A stretch of 64,000 bases of DNA from Anaerolineae bacterium (lineage in GTDB: Bacteria; Chloroflexota; Anaerolineae; UBA1429): positions 672,001-736,000 of the forward strand of contig OY776562.1 in NCBI GenBank assembly GCA_963675785.1, given 5' to 3'. Shown piece after piece: positions 48,060 through 57,761 of the stretch. Numbering within the stretch: position 1 is the stretch's first letter; every line of letters begins with the position of its first letter. The notes below the pieces were generated by a model that made no database searches, was not told the origin of the DNA, and saw nothing but the letters and a program-made list of their open reading frames with translations. The translations under genes were made by a program, and so were the position numbers.

Positions 48060-50783
48060 TTGAAAAGACTTGTAGTCATCCTCTTGTTGATGCTTGTCAA
48101 CGGGAGTGCCCTGGTGAGTGCTGCTGTGCCTGTCGCACAGCCAGCTTCAGCGGGACGCACGGTAATCGTATACCAGGATGGCCTGACGGTCTCTTGGAGC
48201 ACCCCCGATCTTGCCATTGCTGCCGAAGAAGATAGCATAGTAAGCGTCCATGCTGGCGAATGGGCAGTGGATACCGTTGAGAATAGCAGTGTATCCTTGC
48301 CCTACGATGCCCTCCTTATCGCCCTTCCTCCCAATATAGAGCCTCAATTGACGATAATCTATCCCGATGCGCAGTATGTTACTTCCCTAGCGCTCTCTGC
48401 ATCAACTGACACGAGTTCCCCCGTTACTTTTGTCGAATTAGGCACCTCGGCGGGCGTGCGGCTGGCTTCGCTGCGCTTTGATTGTGCCACTGTACAAGAG
48501 GGAGAACTATTCTACTGGCCCTCGGCCTCGGTGGAGATATCCTGGAATACTGCTGTGGTGGATGAAGGGCAGCCTGCGCCTGCCTGGGTGGCCGATTCGG
48601 TGGTAAATCCCCAACATGCGCTTGTTGCGCGTGAGGCCAATATCATTCAAACGGCCATGCCCAGTGTTGAGGGCGATCTCTATGCCCAGGTGGACGAGGC
48701 CGGCTTGTACAGCCTGGATGCAGCCCTTTTGGTTGCGCAAGGTTGGGAGAGCGTCGATCTGCGTCAGGTCTGTGTTTTCCATGGCGACGAGCAGGTGGCG
48801 ACCCTCATCGAGGACGATGGCGATATCATGCTGGAGAGCGGTGAACGTATCCTCTTTTATGCCGAACCCGAACACAATCGCTATGCACTGGATGACGCCT
48901 ATCGCATCACGCTGGATGCCAGCGCCTTGGCAATGGACACACGCTCCGCCTCATTGGGCACACTGCCAGAGGCATCATTACGGCGTAGCGTGCTCTTGGA
49001 GCAGGATTTACTCTATACCCCGGACTGCCTGTGCGGCAGCTTGCCCGCTGGCCATGATGGTGATATGTGGGCCTGGGCCTATTTGCGCGTGCCCGATGCG
49101 ACCGCTTTCGAGACATCGGTCGATCTCGATGATGTGGCTGTAAATGCCTCCGGTGTCGTGACGGCCTGGTTCATCGGTGGCACCTCGGTGCTCGATTACC
49201 CTGATCATATGGTGGAATTGTGGATCAATGGCGTGCGCGTAGGGCAGGGTAGCTTTGATGGCAAGACTCTCTACGCACTGGAAGTAGACATCCCCTCTGG
49301 CGTATTGGTACAGGGTGAGAACACCTTGCGCGTGGTGCTGCCCGGGAGTGGTGCTTCGGTTGAGGCTTGCTGGCTGGACGCCATCCAGCTCTCTTACAGT
49401 TGCGATGCTTTCTCTGTTGGTGGACAGCTCATCGTCGAGGGGGAAGAGTCAGTCTCTACCTATCAGGTAATCCTTGGTTCCGGCGATCTTTTATTTGACA
49501 TAACAGATGTATTCACGCCTGTTCAATTGGATACAGGCGCATCTTCAGGAAGCGTGTACTTGACCGATACAACCGGCGGGCAGCGTTATCTGTTGGTGGA
49601 TGAGGATGCGTTTCTTACGCCTGTGCTACGTCAAGCGCAGCAGGTGGAGGATGAATCGGGGAACTGCCTCATCATCACTCAGGCAGAGCTAATGCCCGCT
49701 GCACAGCGTTTGGCGGCTTGGCGAACTGCACAAGGCTATGGGGTGGTGCTAGTCAACGTGCAGGCTATCTATGATACCTTTGGCAGCGGTGTTGCCGAGC
49801 CAGAGGCCATCCGCGCTTATTTGCAGTATGCCTATGAAGAATGGCCTGCTGACATAGCTGGCGTCACACTGTTTGGTGGGGGCACCAGTGATCCCCGCCA
49901 GAACGTGACGGACATTGAGACTTTTATCCCAATCTATCTAGCAGATGTCGACCCCTGGGCTGGCGAGACCGCGGCGGATAACCGTTATGCTTGTGTGGAT
50001 GGTGCTGACAGTCTTCCTGATCTGGCTTTGGGGCGCCTGCCGGCCTGGTCGTTGGCTGAGGCGCAGACAATGGTGGATACGCTCGTCGCTTACGAGAGTG
50101 ATGGAGACCGTCAGCCATGGCATGGTTCGGCCGTGCTGGTTTCCGATGATCAAGATACAGCCGGAGACTTTGAGGCTATCTCTGAACAGTCGGCGGCGCA
50201 GCTGCCACAGGGAACTGTGGCGCAAACACTTGTGCTAGAGGGGGCCAGTGCCTCATATTCTGATGGCACTGAGGCGGATGCGGCCTCTATTCGGCAAGCG
50301 CTGGTTGCGGCCTGGCAGCAGGGGATTGCCTTTGTGCAATTTTCCGGGCACTCTTCCTGGCAACAGTGGGCTATCGAATCGGTGCTGCACCTGGATAATT
50401 TGCCCTGGCCTAATACTATTGGTCAGGTGCCCGTAGTGTTGGAGCTCACTTGCTTTACGGGGGCGTTTCAGCGCCCCGAAGCCACGCTGGATCGAACCCT
50501 GGTCTCCAGCGGGAAAGCCATAGCGGTTTTTGGCCCTTCGGGTTTAGGCATCAACACCGGTCATGACCAACTGGCGCAGGGTTTTGTGGCGGCTCTGTAC
50601 GACCAAGAGCAGATGTTGACGCTGGGCCAGATAGCCAATGCCGCCCGGTTGCAATTGGCTGCTTCCGGACGGCATCTAGAGTTATTGGATACCTATACTT
50701 TACTAGGTGATCCGCTGGTGGTTCCCCATACAGGTGCGGGTAGTCTACCCTATGCTTGTTACCTTCCTCTGAATTTGCGCTAG
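48060..50783 (+). CDS. Secreted C25 family (gingipain/PorU-like) cysteine peptidase
   Basis: Signal peptide; AGLYSL, ILFYAE, IYDTFG..PEAIRAYL, ADNRY, PDLALGRLP, FSGHSS (His), LTCFTG (Cys), YTLLGDP; ends CYLPLNLR. Confidence 0.9.
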   Translation: MKRLVVILLLMLVNGSALVSAAVPVAQPASAGRTVIVYQDGLTVSWSTPDLAIAAEEDSIVSVHAGEWAVDTVENSSVSLPYDALLIALPPNIEPQLTIIYPDAQYVTSLALSASTDTSSPVTFVELGTSAGVRLASLRFDCATVQEGELFYWPSASVEISWNTAVVDEGQPAPAWVADSVVNPQHALVAREANIIQTAMPSVEGDLYAQVDEAGLYSLDAALLVAQGWESVDLRQVCVFHGDEQVATLIEDDGDIMLESGERILFYAEPEHNRYALDDAYRITLDASALAMDTRSASLGTLPEASLRRSVLLEQDLLYTPDCLCGSLPAGHDGDMWAWAYLRVPDATAFETSVDLDDVAVNASGVVTAWFIGGTSVLDYPDHMVELWINGVRVGQGSFDGKTLYALEVDIPSGVLVQGENTLRVVLPGSGASVEACWLDAIQLSYSCDAFSVGGQLIVEGEESVSTYQVILGSGDLLFDITDVFTPVQLDTGASSGSVYLTDTTGGQRYLLVDEDAFLTPVLRQAQQVEDESGNCLIITQAELMPAAQRLAAWRTAQGYGVVLVNVQAIYDTFGSGVAEPEAIRAYLQYAYEEWPADIAGVTLFGGGTSDPRQNVTDIETFIPIYLADVDPWAGETAADNRYACVDGADSLPDLALGRLPAWSLAEAQTMVDTLVAYESDGDRQPWHGSAVLVSDDQDTAGDFEAISEQSAAQLPQGTVAQTLVLEGASASYSDGTEADAASIRQALVAAWQQGIAFVQFSGHSSWQQWAIESVLHLDNLPWPNTIGQVPVVLELTCFTGAFQRPEATLDRTLVSSGKAIAVFGPSGLGINTGHDQLAQGFVAALYDQEQMLTLGQIANAARLQLAASGRHLELLDTYTLLGDPLVVPHTGAGSLPYACYLPLNLR

Positions 50784-50787
50784 TCCA

Positions 50788-51417
50788 TTACTCCATAGCC
50801 AAGAGCACAGCGCTGGTTGCTGCAATACCGCAAGCAGTTCCCCCGATCAGCTCGCTCTTTGTATGGCGCCCCATGCGCAGCCGTGCCCAATATACGGCAG
50901 GCAATAGAATCAGCGTTCCCCAGGCGGCGTTCCCCACCAAGTAGGCCAATAGCAGCACTGGCCCGACTGTGCCGGCCGCGTGGGCTGAGGCCTTAAAGTG
51001 GAGCAGCACATTCACGGCCATGATCAGCGCGACGTTCACGCAATAGGTGATGAACACCATTTTGATGAATGACGGGGCATCGGCCGCGTAACTGGTTATC
51101 AATCCGCCAAACCAGCCGATTGTCGCCATGATAAAGGCCATACCCCGCTCTGCATGGCGTCCCTGCTTTTTGAGCGCAGGCACCAACCAGGCAATAGGGT
51201 AGGCCAGCAACGGAAACGCGGTAAGGCACAGCAGGGTGAAAAGATACCACAACCAGGGATGGTCGATCGTGCTGCCTCGTTCAGCGAATACCCAGGTAAA
51301 TGAGAGCAATGCCAGTGTTGGGGCCGTGGTGATGATGCTGATCCCTTTGGCCAGATAATCCAGCCAGGAATCCTTGCGGGCCTTGTCGGCCGCAGGAGAG
51401 GGTTCTGGAGCGTTCAT
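50788..51417 (-). CDS. Integral membrane protein, PAP2-like C-terminal motifs
   Basis: About six TM helices; KASAHAAG and WARLRMGRHT..ELIGG. Confidence 0.75.
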   Translation of the reverse strand: MNAPEPSPAADKARKDSWLDYLAKGISIITTAPTLALLSFTWVFAERGSTIDHPWLWYLFTLLCLTAFPLLAYPIAWLVPALKKQGRHAERGMAFIMATIGWFGGLITSYAADAPSFIKMVFITYCVNVALIMAVNVLLHFKASAHAAGTVGPVLLLAYLVGNAAWGTLILLPAVYWARLRMGRHTKSELIGGTACGIAATSAVLLAME

Positions 51418-51429
51418 TGTGACTTCTTT

Positions 51430-52536
51430 CTATTTGATATCCGAGGGGATAAGGGAAAAGGAAATCGCATCGTGCGGCGCGTTGTGCAGCCGCAAGCGAT
51501 TGCGCAGTGAGGCTTCATATCGCGCACCAGCGCGTTGTGCTGCGCCTTGGCTGGCCGTATTGCCCTGGGCGGCAATGATCTGGCAGCGCGTCAGTTCCAG
51601 ATATTCAAAGGCATAGGCTGCTGCCAGGCGAATGGCCGTGCTGGCTGCGCCTTGACCGGTCCGGTCACTACGTATCCAGTAGCCCATCTCGGCGTAGCGA
51701 TGCAGTTTGTGGATGCTGAGTGCGCAGTTGCCAACGAATTGCCCGTCACGCGTATCGGTTACTGCAAACGTGTAGCGTGTGCCTGCTTGCCAATCGTCCA
51801 CGCACCGCTGACAATAGTCCGTCGCTTCTTGCAGGGAATAGGCCTCATGACACCAGGGCATCCAGCGCAACAACTCTGGCATTGATTTGCATACGCCCTC
51901 ATAGTGAGTGAGCGCATCGTTCAGGGTGTAGGGGCGCAGTGTAAAGGGTCCTGCGGCAAAAGGAGCGGTTTCCTGGGGAACAAAGGTGGCCGGCTGTCGC
52001 ATCTCACCGGTCAAATCGGTGGAGATAAGCGAAAAGACCACAGCATCATGCAGTTTGCCGTTTATCAACAGGCGATTACGCAGCAGACCTTCTTTGGTGG
52101 CACCAGCGCGTTCGGCGGTACGCTGGCTGCCAATATTCTCAGTGGCTGCCACGATCTCACAGCGTTGCAGGTCAAGTTCATCAAAACCGAATTGAGCGAT
52201 CAGGGGGACAGCAGAACTTGCCGCCCCCTGGCGCATACGGTTGGTGCGCACCCAGTAGCCCAGATTTGCCCAGCCATTCTGCCAGTCGATGTTGTTTAGA
52301 CCAATGCCGCCTACGAACTCGCCCGTATCCACGTCATAGATGACCACAGAATAATCGGTGCGTTCTAGCCGAGCCTGTTCTCTGGCTGCGACCCATTGTT
52401 CGGCATCGGCATAGCCATAGTTTGGTGAACACCATGGCAGCCATTGGCCGACCTCATTGATCGATTCAGTTGCCGCCTCATAGAGCGAGTTCGTATCGCT
52501 GATTTTATAGGGACGAATAGAAAACCTTGTCATCAC
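51430..52536 (-). CDS. Tandem double RimJ/RimL-type GNAT acetyltransferase
   Basis: Two similar halves: WLPWC/WMPWC, LGYWVR/MGYWIR, N.(G/A)SQ..A.RAGA..E..LRNRL. Confidence 0.9.
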   Translation of the reverse strand: MMTRFSIRPYKISDTNSLYEAATESINEVGQWLPWCSPNYGYADAEQWVAAREQARLERTDYSVVIYDVDTGEFVGGIGLNNIDWQNGWANLGYWVRTNRMRQGAASSAVPLIAQFGFDELDLQRCEIVAATENIGSQRTAERAGATKEGLLRNRLLINGKLHDAVVFSLISTDLTGEMRQPATFVPQETAPFAAGPFTLRPYTLNDALTHYEGVCKSMPELLRWMPWCHEAYSLQEATDYCQRCVDDWQAGTRYTFAVTDTRDGQFVGNCALSIHKLHRYAEMGYWIRSDRTGQGAASTAIRLAAAYAFEYLELTRCQIIAAQGNTASQGAAQRAGARYEASLRNRLRLHNAPHDAISFSLIPSDIK

Positions 52537-52544
52537 GTGTTACT

Positions 52545-53996
52545 CTAGTTTGCTTCTTCGATGATCAGATGGTATCCGCCGGTCTCGTATTGCGTTGCAT
52601 CCTCGACCACCACATAGAATATGCCAGTCTGCGGGGCTGTATATTCTAGACTGGCGTTCAGTGCAAACAGACCATAGCCAGAATCGTCATCCCATTCGAT
52701 CTCATTCTCGGTGGCACCCTGATAATCCACGGTTACATAACCATCGATTGCTATCGAGTCCACGGTGATGGTTACTGTCTGACCGCGTTCGAGCGAGAGC
52801 AGAAAGACATCCATATCACCCGGATAATCGATGTTGCCGATCGTATCCGTGCCGGGCACAATCGTTAATACATCGTCAGGATCGTTCAGCGGGATGAGAG
52901 GTACATTTGATTCGAGACTAAAAGTCCCGCTGTCTTCAGTATACTGCTCGACGATCAGGAAATAAGGCCCAGACCAGTCGATGGTGCCTACCAGTGTCTC
53001 AGTACCACGGATGCCCTCATCGGCGGTAACCCCCACATCGCCATAGGAATCTAAAAGAGTCATGGCGACATCATTTCGTCCGTCGACGCTGATCTGTACT
53101 TCGGTGTCCAACGGCTGGTCAATGACATAAGTCTGTGAATCCCAATAGTTGTCGAGCTCGATGGTGTCGCGATAAAGCGATGCACCCGTGAGAATGTTGT
53201 TTCGTGCAGCGAGTCCGGAAGGATCGCCGCCGGCAATCAACGCATCGATGTTATCCACAAGATCCTGAGTGGCGGCTACCAGTGCAAACACATCGGAAAA
53301 GCTAAAGCCCGATATACCGATGATCTGGCCTGAGGAAGAGACGAGTGCTCCACCGCTCTGACCGCCGGCAATAGCTGCATCGGACTGGATATAGGTAATG
53401 CCCTCTTTTTCCCAAAAGCGCAGCAGTGATACAAGCCCTTGGGTTAGGGCGGGCTGTGGGAATGCATCTCCCTCACCGGGGTAACCAATCAGGTAAACCG
53501 TGTCGCCAATCTGTAAATCGTCCAGGTTTGCAAACGAAGCGCCCGGAACGATTGTATCAATGGGACCAATGACAGCCAGGTCCACCATCAAGTCGGTGCC
53601 AACGACGGGTGTGTCAATGTATTCCGAACCATCAGGCAAGACGACGCGGACGGTCTCGAATGGCCAAACGACGTGGGCGTTCGTCACCACATACCCACCT
53701 GCATAGACGATGCCGCTGCCCGTCCCTGTAGGGGTATCAATATAGGCTATAGAAGGTGCAAGATACTGGTAGATTTCTCCAGCAGTAGTCTTCGATTGAA
53801 AAGCAAGGGGTTCGAGAGTCGCTGTGCCGACAACGGCAGTGGCCTTGGTAGGCGTACTAGTGGCAGAAGCCGCAGCACCGGTTTCAAGGGTGGCTTTTGT
53901 CGTCAGTCCATTGGTAGATTCTCCAAGATCGCAACCGCTCAATAATGTGGCCACGGCGACGAGCACCAACAGTACGACAAAGATTTTTTTCTTCAT
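52545..53996 (-). CDS. Trypsin-like (S1C-like) serine protease lipoprotein with C-terminal PPC-like domains
   Basis: MKKK signal, lipobox LSGC, VTNAHVV, DLAV, GQSGG; ATG 53996 after GGAGG. Confidence 0.87.
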   Translation of the reverse strand: MKKKIFVVLLVLVAVATLLSGCDLGESTNGLTTKATLETGAAASATSTPTKATAVVGTATLEPLAFQSKTTAGEIYQYLAPSIAYIDTPTGTGSGIVYAGGYVVTNAHVVWPFETVRVVLPDGSEYIDTPVVGTDLMVDLAVIGPIDTIVPGASFANLDDLQIGDTVYLIGYPGEGDAFPQPALTQGLVSLLRFWEKEGITYIQSDAAIAGGQSGGALVSSSGQIIGISGFSFSDVFALVAATQDLVDNIDALIAGGDPSGLAARNNILTGASLYRDTIELDNYWDSQTYVIDQPLDTEVQISVDGRNDVAMTLLDSYGDVGVTADEGIRGTETLVGTIDWSGPYFLIVEQYTEDSGTFSLESNVPLIPLNDPDDVLTIVPGTDTIGNIDYPGDMDVFLLSLERGQTVTITVDSIAIDGYVTVDYQGATENEIEWDDDSGYGLFALNASLEYTAPQTGIFYVVVEDATQYETGGYHLIIEEAN

Positions 53997-54012
53997 AGGG
54001 CCTCCGAGTTCT

Positions 54013-55215
54013 CTAGCCGTTAACGGCATAGAGATTGGCTATTGCCAGTGCAGGCGCATCGGTGGATTCAAAGTCGATCCACACCTTGGCTGTTCTGACG
54101 GGCGGAAAGTGGCAGATGCGGCGTATGCCGATGTGATTGCCTTCAGTGAGCGTGATAGGCATATGTGAGTTGAGCGACTCGCAATAAATTGCAAAGTGTT
54201 TGACGTGTTCGCCCAATGCCACATCCTCGCTGAGAAAAACGCGGTCTACCAGGGCGGGGGTAGGCAATTCCCAAGAGAGCTTTTTTGCCGAGGAGAGTGC
54301 ATCAGAGATGCAGGACAGCGGATGCCCGTATTGTCGCGTTATCTCTTGGCCAAAAGCGACGAGTCTTTGCGAGTCGGCTTCTGGCAACAGACCACGACGA
54401 TCGGGTCCGATGTTGAGCAAGAGGTTGCATCCTCGTCCACAGGAGAGCTGATAGATTCCCATGAGCTCTTTTACCGATTTAATAGTATTTACGTCCTCGT
54501 CGCTGTAGAACCAATTGTGCTCGCGCATTCGCATGTCGCATTCGGCAGGTAGCCATACCTGTCGTCCATCCCGGGTTGTTATAGAGCTAATGTCCAGAGG
54601 TGCCAAACCATCCTCGTTGCCAACCCAGCGAAAATCAGGATCACCCTGTTCGAATAACAAAATATCGGGCTGCATACGCCGTATTTCGCCAACAATGCGT
54701 TTCCAATCATAGGTATGTTCTTCAGAGCCGCAGCCATCGAACCAGAGAATGTCGATTGGGCCATAGGGCTCTAATAGCTCCGCTACCTGAGTGATGAAAT
54801 AGTCATCATAGGCAGTGGGGTTGTCGTAAACCGGGCAAGATGCATCGTAAGGCGAATAATAAAGGCCAAAGGCCAGACCGTGCTTTCTGCAAGCCTGCAC
54901 AAACTCACGCACCACATCCCCTTGTCCATTGCGCCAGGGGCTGCTGGCTACGCTAAAATGAGTAGTCGCTGAGGGCCATAGGGCAAAGCCATCATGATGC
55001 TTGGCCGTCATCACTACATACCGGAACCCTGCTTTTTTGATGGTACGGGCCCATTGTTCGCAGTCCAGCGCTTGCGGATCAAAACGTGTAGGGTCCATGG
55101 CGCGCGGGTCAAAATCTACCCAGCCTTCATAGAATGTGCGCAGACCAAAATGCAAAAAGACCCCACGTTCCCAGAGCTGGTATTCTAGTTGACGCGCCGA
55201 TGGCGTGGCGTTCAT
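54013..55215 (-). CDS. GH29 alpha-L-fucosidase
   Basis: FLHFG, TAKHHDGFALWPS, GLYYSP, LWFDG, RWVGNE, NLLLNIGPD. Confidence 0.92.
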   Translation of the reverse strand: MNATPSARQLEYQLWERGVFLHFGLRTFYEGWVDFDPRAMDPTRFDPQALDCEQWARTIKKAGFRYVVMTAKHHDGFALWPSATTHFSVASSPWRNGQGDVVREFVQACRKHGLAFGLYYSPYDASCPVYDNPTAYDDYFITQVAELLEPYGPIDILWFDGCGSEEHTYDWKRIVGEIRRMQPDILLFEQGDPDFRWVGNEDGLAPLDISSITTRDGRQVWLPAECDMRMREHNWFYSDEDVNTIKSVKELMGIYQLSCGRGCNLLLNIGPDRRGLLPEADSQRLVAFGQEITRQYGHPLSCISDALSSAKKLSWELPTPALVDRVFLSEDVALGEHVKHFAIYCESLNSHMPITLTEGNHIGIRRICHFPPVRTAKVWIDFESTDAPALAIANLYAVNG

Positions 55216-55233
55216 GGTAACCTCCGAGCTGGA

Positions 55234-55848
55234 TTAGCTCTGCAGATGGTAGACGATCAATGCAATAACGACGATGATAATGATCCAGATTGCCGCTTGA
55301 CGGATGACTGCTCTAGTATCTCGCCTGACCTGTTTCTTATTCAGTACGTGCTGAGATACAAGCGTGACAAATCGATTCCAATCCGCTTCAGAGTGAAAAA
55401 GACTGCGTGTCAAGATAGAAAAAGCCGTTCGATTTTGGTACAAAAGCACCGAGTTTTCGGTCGACTTGAAATAAATAACTTCTTCCCAGGGCAGTTTTTC
55501 CTCTTGCTCCTGATCGTAAAAACTGATCATTGTCTCATTGACGCGACCTCTAATAGTCTGCCCCAAAGCCGAATTCTTTCTCCATTGCTGGCTGGTGATG
55601 AATTGAGGCAGCCACAGGTGGGTATTGATCATGGCGACAAAAAAGAGGATGCCTATGCCATTGGGCCATAGATCGGGATTTGTAAAGACGGAGACCAATG
55701 CAAAAATCACAAAAAGTATACCGGCGCCGAGGCGGATCTGTTGCCCTAATGCCGATGGCATGTAATGCTGGCGCACGCCTTCTTCGTATTCTTCTCGATC
55801 TATTATGCCGCTGTAGACAATTTCTTCAGAATCTGGATTGGAGGCCAT
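55234..55848 (-). CDS. YcxB-like membrane protein
   Basis: Two TM helices followed by KLPWEEV...LLY...F.IL..SLF...W..F and a C-terminal TM. Confidence 0.7.
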   Translation of the reverse strand: MASNPDSEEIVYSGIIDREEYEEGVRQHYMPSALGQQIRLGAGILFVIFALVSVFTNPDLWPNGIGILFFVAMINTHLWLPQFITSQQWRKNSALGQTIRGRVNETMISFYDQEQEEKLPWEEVIYFKSTENSVLLYQNRTAFSILTRSLFHSEADWNRFVTLVSQHVLNKKQVRRDTRAVIRQAAIWIIIIVVIALIVYHLQS

Positions 55849-55875
55849 TTCCCCTCTTCCATTCGTTAGTTTGAT

Positions 55876-56640
55876 TTATTTCAGAGGTATTGGAATGAGC
55901 GTTTCATCCACAACATAGCTCAATTCGAGTTCTCCATAAACCCATACAGTATCTCCCAAGGTGGTATCTTCCCAGGTGATGGACTCTGGCAAACTGCTGT
56001 TGAGAGGGAACCAAAGGTCAACCTGAATGGTATCGTCGGCATCTCCTTGCAAATTCGGTAGCATATCTCCGGTGCCTATGAGCGTATACTGCGTCATCTC
56101 TGTGTTGTCATGGAGGGCCGTACCTTGCAGGGTAGCTACACCAGAGAGGCAGGGGCCGAAAATGAGCTCTTGATTGAAATTGTCGGTTTCAAAACAGGCG
56201 GTTGGCCAAGTTACCAGGCCGTCAGCTCGCTCATCCCAGGCACCATTGGCAGTTGTTCGTTGCCAAATCTTGCCGTCGCGTTCCACCATCTCCAAATAGG
56301 TTAACTCTTGCCCACTGGCATGTGTAATGAGTTGCACATAGTGTGCATCGCTGGCTGCAATCTCTTCCAAGCGGGTGATCGTTGTGCTTTCGCCCATACT
56401 CAGAACAACAATACCCTGTGCGCTATGCTCAATCGCTGCGATGGATGCCAGCAGCTCTTTAGTATCGATTTCACTCTGGGAAGCACTGGAATCGGATAGC
56501 GAAAACGCAGGGTTCAGTTCACTTGGCTCTAGCAGGCCTCGACCATCCAGAACATTCATGAGCACAGCAAGGATGATCGCCAGAACGGCGAGTGCAAGTA
56601 ACCCCAGAATAATTATGCGTGTACCTGCCTGATCTGTCAT
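55876..56640 (-). CDS. Hypothetical membrane-anchored protein
   Basis: Long ORF co-oriented with neighbours, N-terminal TM, acidic ectodomain. Confidence 0.7.
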   Translation of the reverse strand: MTDQAGTRIIILGLLALAVLAIILAVLMNVLDGRGLLEPSELNPAFSLSDSSASQSEIDTKELLASIAAIEHSAQGIVVLSMGESTTITRLEEIAASDAHYVQLITHASGQELTYLEMVERDGKIWQRTTANGAWDERADGLVTWPTACFETDNFNQELIFGPCLSGVATLQGTALHDNTEMTQYTLIGTGDMLPNLQGDADDTIQVDLWFPLNSSLPESITWEDTTLGDTVWVYGELELSYVVDETLIPIPLK

Positions 56641-56758
56641 TCAAGTACCCCTTTTCGATGATAGTGCCGTGGCTTGCACGTGTCAACGGGAAATGTCGAT
56701 GCCTTTGCACTCACCCTGGCACAAGGGTAGAATGTATATTATACCGTGGAGGTCGAAT

Positions 56759-57160
56759 ATGGACGAAAAGAACATACTTGAATCGTGCCAGGCAAGGGCG
56801 ACTACGGATGGTTTCCTCGCCTGTGCCGTTGCACATGATCTAGCCCAGGAGATCGGCGTTAGCCCGCTGGAGCTTGGACAGGTTGTCAACAATGCCTCTA
56901 CGCTTCGCTTCTATCGCTGCCAGCTAGGATTGTTTGGGTATGGAAAAAAGAGCAAAGGAACCCATCGCATCATTGTGCCCGCAGCCTATATTCCACCTGA
57001 CTTGCGTCAGGCCATCTTAGATGAACTTGTGGATGGTCGTATCTCTTGCCTGAGCATTTGGCACATAGCGGATCGTTTTGTCTATCCGCGTCTGCAAGTA
57101 GCCAATATTGTGGAGGCGATGCAAATCTCCATCAAACCTTGTCAACTGGGATGTTTCTAG
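56759..57160 (+). CDS. Hypothetical protein with duplicated Cys-containing domain
   Basis: ATG 56759 after GGAGG; two halves DG...C...A...CQLGLF and DG...C...A...CQLGCF. Confidence 0.8.
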   Translation: MDEKNILESCQARATTDGFLACAVAHDLAQEIGVSPLELGQVVNNASTLRFYRCQLGLFGYGKKSKGTHRIIVPAAYIPPDLRQAILDELVDGRISCLSIWHIADRFVYPRLQVANIVEAMQISIKPCQLGCF

Positions 57161-57161
57161 A

Positions 57162-57190
57162 TTGACAGGCACTTGCGCCGGTGTTAATAT
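57162..57190 (+). promoter_or_regulatory. Sigma70-type promoter
   Basis: TTGACA-17bp-TAATAT, followed by AGGAGG and ATG 57218. Confidence 0.65.
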
Positions 57191-57217
57191 CGCGCGGATA
57201 ATAGCAGGAGGCCATCT

Positions 57218-57523
57218 ATGGGGCAGCTTATACCCGGTGAGCACCCGCGTTTTGTAAAATCAGGGTTTGGTAAAAGTGGGCACAGCCTGGAGGGTTTGCC
57301 CCATATGTTGTTGACCAAACGACTTGAAGAACAACTCGATCTGGTCGATGATCAACTCTTTAGGCAGCTCTATAGCTTTTCAACTAGATCAGATACTGCT
57401 TCTTTGCCGTTTTCCCGTTCCGCCATGACCGCGGATGACTGGGATGATTTGATCATGTTAGGTTATCTTGTGGCGCAGCGTGAGGCTATCGTCAGCGCGT
57501 TGCAGGGGGTCTTGGAGGGGTAG
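57218..57523 (+). CDS. Hypothetical protein
   Basis: AGGAGG RBS and upstream promoter; no family recognised. Confidence 0.6.
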   Translation: MGQLIPGEHPRFVKSGFGKSGHSLEGLPHMLLTKRLEEQLDLVDDQLFRQLYSFSTRSDTASLPFSRSAMTADDWDDLIMLGYLVAQREAIVSALQGVLEG

Positions 57524-57529
57524 CGCATT

Positions 57530-57748
57530 ATGGGTGAAAGGCGCAGATCACAGAGAAATGCTGATGGGCACCGCCTGCGTTCGGCGGCGCTTTTCATCGG
57601 TGTAACCCTCATTTTGTTGCTATATGCACTGGGTGCCCTTGGCCTTTATATCCGTAAGCATTACATGTTCGAGGGGATAGGGAACATGGCGGTTGTGCAG
57701 CAATATGCTTACCCCGATGATGTAACCTACAGTGTGATAATTCGCTGA
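57530..57748 (+). CDS. Small hypothetical membrane protein
   Basis: GGAGG RBS, one TM helix, closely spaced with neighbours. Confidence 0.55.
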   Translation: MGERRRSQRNADGHRLRSAALFIGVTLILLLYALGALGLYIRKHYMFEGIGNMAVVQQYAYPDDVTYSVIIR

Positions 57749-57761
57749 GAGGAGCGATTGC

